Source: a virus | Taxonomy: Duplodnaviria > Heunggongvirae > Uroviricota > Caudoviricetes | DNA length: 46,500 nucleotides | Virus record (IMG/VR): IMGVR_UViG_2718218452_000013 | Strand: one strand, 5' to 3' | Shown here: one piece after another, positions 42,964-46,500 of the stretch | Numbering within the stretch: the stretch's first letter is position 1 | Layout of the letters: every line of letters begins with the position of its first letter | Program-made: the position numbers and the translations under genes | The notes under the pieces: model-generated | The model's input: the letters and a program-made list of their open reading frames with translations, nothing else | Told to the model about the DNA's origin: nothing | Databases searched by the model: none

Positions 42964-43788
42964 ATGTCTCAGAACTTAGACGCAACCGCAATTAATCAAA
43001 TCCATGCCCTTATTTCTGCTCAGGGTGTTAATGAAATTATCAGTAAGATTGGTGCCGATGCTGTGGCATTGCCTGAGAATTTCCGCATTCATGATCTGGA
43101 AAAATTTAATTTAAATCGCTTCCGTTTCCGTGGTGCACTTTCCACTGCCAGCATCGATGATTTTACCCGTTATTCTAAAGATCTTGCAGATGAAGGCACC
43201 CGCTGCTTTATCGATGCCGATAATATGCGTGCCGTCAGTGTGCTTAACCTGGGTACTATTGATGAGCCAGGTCACGCAGATAACACTGCCACTCTCAAAC
43301 TGAAAAAGACAGCACCGTTCTCTGCTCTGTTGTCTGTTAACGGCGAGCGTAACTCCCAGAAGTCACTGGCAGAATGGATCGAAGACTGGGCCGACTACCT
43401 TGTGGGCTTTGATGCTAATGGTGACGCCATTCAAGCAACAAAAGCGGCTGCGGCAGTCCGTAAAATCACGATTGAAGCAAACCAGACCGCTGATTTTGAA
43501 GATAATGACTTCAGCGGCAAACGCTCCCTGATGGAGTCTGTCGAAGCGAAGACCAAAGACATTATGCCAGTGGCATTTGAATTTAAATGCGTTCCGTTTG
43601 AAGGTCTGAAAGAACGTCCGTTTAAATTACGCCTCAGCATTATCACTGGCGATCGTCCTGTACTGGTTCTGCGCATTATTCAGCTGGAAGCGGTGCAGGA
43701 AGAAATGGCTAACGAATTTCGTGATCTGCTTGTTGAGAAATTCAAAGACAGCAAAGTAGAAACCTTTATTGGTACTTTCACCGCCTGA
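42964..43788 (+). CDS. DUF2303-family protein, YfdQ-like
   Basis: 274-aa [51 protein letters not shown]. Confidence 0.65.
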   Translation: MSQNLDATAINQIHALISAQGVNEIISKIGADAVALPENFRIHDLEKFNLNRFRFRGALSTASIDDFTRYSKDLADEGTRCFIDADNMRAVSVLNLGTIDEPGHADNTATLKLKKTAPFSALLSVNGERNSQKSLAEWIEDWADYLVGFDANGDAIQATKAAAAVRKITIEANQTADFEDNDFSGKRSLMESVEAKTKDIMPVAFEFKCVPFEGLKERPFKLRLSIITGDRPVLVLRIIQLEAVQEEMANEFRDLLVEKFKDSKVETFIGTFTA

Positions 43789-43915
43789 TTTCATTACTGC
43801 AAATGCCCCTGCGGGGGCATTTATGGAAACGTAATTAACTCAATAATCACCGGATGGTGAGGGCTTCCTTTTACCAGAATTCAGCGCGGTGCAGTGCATA
43901 TACGTGGAGAACAAA

Positions 43916-44452
43916 ATGTCATTTATTAAAACTTTTTCCGGGAAGCATTTTTATTATGACAAGATAAATAAAGACGACATCGATATTAACGATATCGCGG
44001 TTTCCCTTTCAAATATCTGTCGCTTTGCCGGTCATCTTTCGCACTTCTACAGCGTCGCCCAACATGCGGTTCTTTGCAGCCAGCTGGTGCCGCAGGAATT
44101 TGCTTTTGAAGCGTTAATGCATGATGCAACAGAAGCGTATTGCCAGGACATTCCCGCACCACTGAAACGCCTTCTTCCTGACTATAAACGGATGGAAGAA
44201 AAAATAGACGCCGTAATCCGTGAGAAATACGGGTTACCCCCAGTTATGAGTACACCCGTGAAATATGCCGATCTCATCATGCTGGCAACCGAACGCCGCG
44301 ATCTCGGGCTTGATGATGGCTCTTTCTGGCCTGTACTGGAAGGCATCCCGGCAACAGAAATGTTCAACGTGATTCCACTGGCACCGGGTCATGCCTACGG
44401 GATGTTTATGGAACGTTTTAACGATTTATCGGAGTTACGCAAATGCGCATGA
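43916..44452 (+). CDS. HD-domain phosphohydrolase, YfdR-like (5'-deoxynucleotidase family)
   Basis: ATG at 43916 with GGAGA RBS (MSFIKTFSGKHFYYDKINKDDIDINDIAVSLSNICRFAGHLSHFYSVAQHAVL...MHDATEAYCQDIP), HD motifs; 178 aa. Confidence 0.7.
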   Translation: MSFIKTFSGKHFYYDKINKDDIDINDIAVSLSNICRFAGHLSHFYSVAQHAVLCSQLVPQEFAFEALMHDATEAYCQDIPAPLKRLLPDYKRMEEKIDAVIREKYGLPPVMSTPVKYADLIMLATERRDLGLDDGSFWPVLEGIPATEMFNVIPLAPGHAYGMFMERFNDLSELRKCA

Positions 44453-44805
44453 ATGTTTTCGAAATGGAAGGGTTTCTTCGCGGGAAATGTGTACCGCGAG
44501 ATCTGAAAGTGAACGAAACAAATGCTGAGTACCTGTTACGTAAATTCGACGCGCTTGAAGCTAAATGTGCGGCACTGGAAAACAAAATAATACCAGTGTC
44601 AGCTGAACTGCCACCAGCAAATGAAAGTGTTCTGTTATTTGATGCTAATGGAGAAGGCTGGCTGATTGGCTGGCGTTCTCTCTGGTACACCTGGGGACAA
44701 AAAGAAACCGGAGAATGGCAGTGGACATTTCAGGTCGGGGACCTTGAAAACGTCAATATCACTCACTGGGCAGTAATGCCAAAAGCACCGGAGGCTGGAG
44801 CATAA
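44443..44805 (+). CDS. DUF551-family protein, YfdS-like
   Basis: 120-aa ORF MRMNVFEMEGFLRGKCVPRDLKVNETNAEYLLRKF...WTFQVGDLENVNITHWAVMPKAP. Confidence 0.6.
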   Translation: MRMNVFEMEGFLRGKCVPRDLKVNETNAEYLLRKFDALEAKCAALENKIIPVSAELPPANESVLLFDANGEGWLIGWRSLWYTWGQKETGEWQWTFQVGDLENVNITHWAVMPKAPEAGA

Positions 44806-45110
44806 TGACCACATTTACCAATAAAGAACTGATTAAAGAAATCAAAGAACGAATCAGCAGCCTAGAGGTTCGAGACGATATTGAGCGCCGTGCTTATGAA
44901 ATCGCACTCGTATCTCTGGAAGTAGAGCCAGATGAACGCGAAGCCTATGAATTATTCATGGAAAAGCGTTTCGGTGACTTAGTAGATCGTCGGAGAGCAA
45001 AAAACGGCGATAACGAATACATGGCATGGGATATGACTCTCGGTTGGATCGTCTGGCAGCAACGAGCTGGTATCCATTTTTCAACAATGTCACAGCAAGA
45101 GGTGAAATAA
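44805..45110 (+). CDS. hypothetical phage protein, YfdT-like
   Basis: 101-aa ORF, translationally coupled (ATGA/TAATG overlaps) with its neighbours. Confidence 0.55.
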   Translation: MTTFTNKELIKEIKERISSLEVRDDIERRAYEIALVSLEVEPDEREAYELFMEKRFGDLVDRRRAKNGDNEYMAWDMTLGWIVWQQRAGIHFSTMSQQEVK

Positions 45111-45481
45111 TGGAGCCATACAGCCTCACACTCGATGAGGCCTGTCATTTTCTCAAAATATCCAGACCGACTGCCATTAACTGGATACGCACAGGCCGCC
45201 TACAGGCAACACGTAAAGATCCAACCAAGCCAAAATCTCCTTACCTCACAACACGGCAAGCTTGCATTGCGGCGCTTCAGTCTCCGCTGCATACTGTCCA
45301 GGTGAGCGCGGGTGATGGCATAACAGAGGAAAGAAAATGTCACTCTTCCGCAGAAATGAAATATGGTATGCCTCGTATTCGCTCCCGGGCGGGAAACGAA
45401 TTAAGGAATCTCTTGGCACAAAGGACAAGCGGCAAGCTCAGGAGTTGCACGACAAGCGAAAAGCAGAACTCTGGCGAGTAG
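45110..45481 (+). CDS. xis: excisionase-like protein (e14 XisE-like N-terminus)
   Basis: ATG at 45110 ([37 protein letters not shown]...), HTH-like; the frame stays open 145 nt into int, so the 3' end is uncertain. Confidence 0.6.
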   Translation: MEPYSLTLDEACHFLKISRPTAINWIRTGRLQATRKDPTKPKSPYLTTRQACIAALQSPLHTVQVSAGDGITEERKCHSSAEMKYGMPRIRSRAGNELRNLLAQRTSGKLRSCTTSEKQNSGE

Positions 45482-46500
45482 AAAAGCTAGGGGATTTACC
45501 TGATGTCACTTTTGAAGAGGCCTGCCTAAGATGGCTTGAGGAAAAAGCTGATAAAAAATCTCTCGATTCAGATAAAAGCCGGATTGAGTTCTGGCTTGAA
45601 CATTTTGAGGGTATAAGGCTTAAAGATATCTCGGAGGCAAAGATTTACTCTGCTGTAAGCAGAATGCATAACAGAAAGACGAAAGAAATATGGAAACAGA
45701 AAGTTCAGGCCGCCATCAGGAAAGGTAAAGAACCGCCTGTTTATGAACCAAAGCCAGTATCAACTCAGACAAAGGCAAAGCATCTTGCCATGATAAAGGC
45801 CATTCTCCGTGCTGCAGAACGCGACTGGAAGTGGCTGGAAAAAGCGCCTGTCATCAAGATACCAGCGGTCAGAAACAAGCGAGTCAGATGGCTGGAAAAG
45901 GAGGAAGCAAAACGCCTTATTGATGAGTGCCCCGAACCACTGAAATCTGTCGTCAAGTTTGCGCTGGCAACTGGTCTGAGAAAGTCGAACATCATAAATC
46001 TGGAATGGCAACAAATCGACATGCAGCGACGAGTTGCCTGGGTGAATCCAGAAGAGAGCAAATCAAACCGCGCCATTGGTGTGGCGCTGAACGATACCGC
46101 CTGTAAAGTGTTGCGTGATCAAATAGGCAAGCATCACAAATGGGTGTTTGTACATACCAAGGCGGCTAAGCGAGCAGATGGAACATCAACGCCTGCGGTC
46201 AGGAAGATGCGCATCGACAGCAAGACATCATGGCTATCAGCTTGTCGTCGTGCAGGAATTGAAGATTTCCGTTTCCATGACCTCAGACACACCTGGGCAA
46301 GCTGGCTGATCCAGTCAGGCGTCCCATTATCTGTGCTTCAGGAAATGGGCGGATGGGAGTCCATAGAAATGGTTCGTAGGTATGCTCACCTTGCGCCTAA
46401 TCATTTGACAGAGCATGCAAGGAAAATAGACGACATTTTTGGTGATAATGTCCCAAATATGTCCCACTGTGGAATTATGGAGGATATAAAGAAGGCGTAA
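45337..46500 (+). CDS. int: tyrosine site-specific integrase (e14 IntE-like)
   Basis: 387-aa ORF with C-terminal catalytic region ...[47 protein letters not shown]; stop codon at the window end. Confidence 0.9.
   Translation: MSLFRRNEIWYASYSLPGGKRIKESLGTKDKRQAQELHDKRKAELWRVEKLGDLPDVTFEEACLRWLEEKADKKSLDSDKSRIEFWLEHFEGIRLKDISEAKIYSAVSRMHNRKTKEIWKQKVQAAIRKGKEPPVYEPKPVSTQTKAKHLAMIKAILRAAERDWKWLEKAPVIKIPAVRNKRVRWLEKEEAKRLIDECPEPLKSVVKFALATGLRKSNIINLEWQQIDMQRRVAWVNPEESKSNRAIGVALNDTACKVLRDQIGKHHKWVFVHTKAAKRADGTSTPAVRKMRIDSKTSWLSACRRAGIEDFRFHDLRHTWASWLIQSGVPLSVLQEMGGWESIEMVRRYAHLAPNHLTEHARKIDDIFGDNVPNMSHCGIMEDIKKA

Overview
The window is almost entirely one lambdoid prophage, oriented opposite to the usual lambda map (late genes on the - strand, integrase at the right end on +). 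Identifications come from reading the supplied ORF translations against remembered phage protein families; no searches were run. Right to left: int/xis and a yfdPQRST-like early-left cassette; an e14-like immunity region (cI-like repressor, OR/OL operators, cro-like, CII-like, O-like initiator with in-gene iterons); a nin-like region (PerC-like, Dam methylase, LexA-N-like, RusA, KilA-N, DUF968, Q); a DLP12-like late region (porin moron, pinholin, SAR endolysin, Rz/Rz1, bor, ybcV/ybcW/ylcI-like); cos; then a lambda-like head and tail module Nu1-A-W-B-C/Nu3-D-E-FI-FII-Z-U-V-G/T-H...M-L-K-I-J-lom-stf-tfa. The main anomaly is in the tail module: tape-measure gene H is interrupted by about 1.8 tandem copies of a 3,291-bp unit (variant J 3' portion + J-lom intergenic terminator + first 64 codons of lom), giving three in-frame chimeric ORFs (H-N::J', lom'::J', lom'::H-C) and a second J receptor-binding allele. 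M, stf and the O-like gene each carry a frameshift. An orphan antisense gene with an adjacent structured non-coding region sits between pL and the early-left genes. No tRNA, rRNA or CRISPR array was found.
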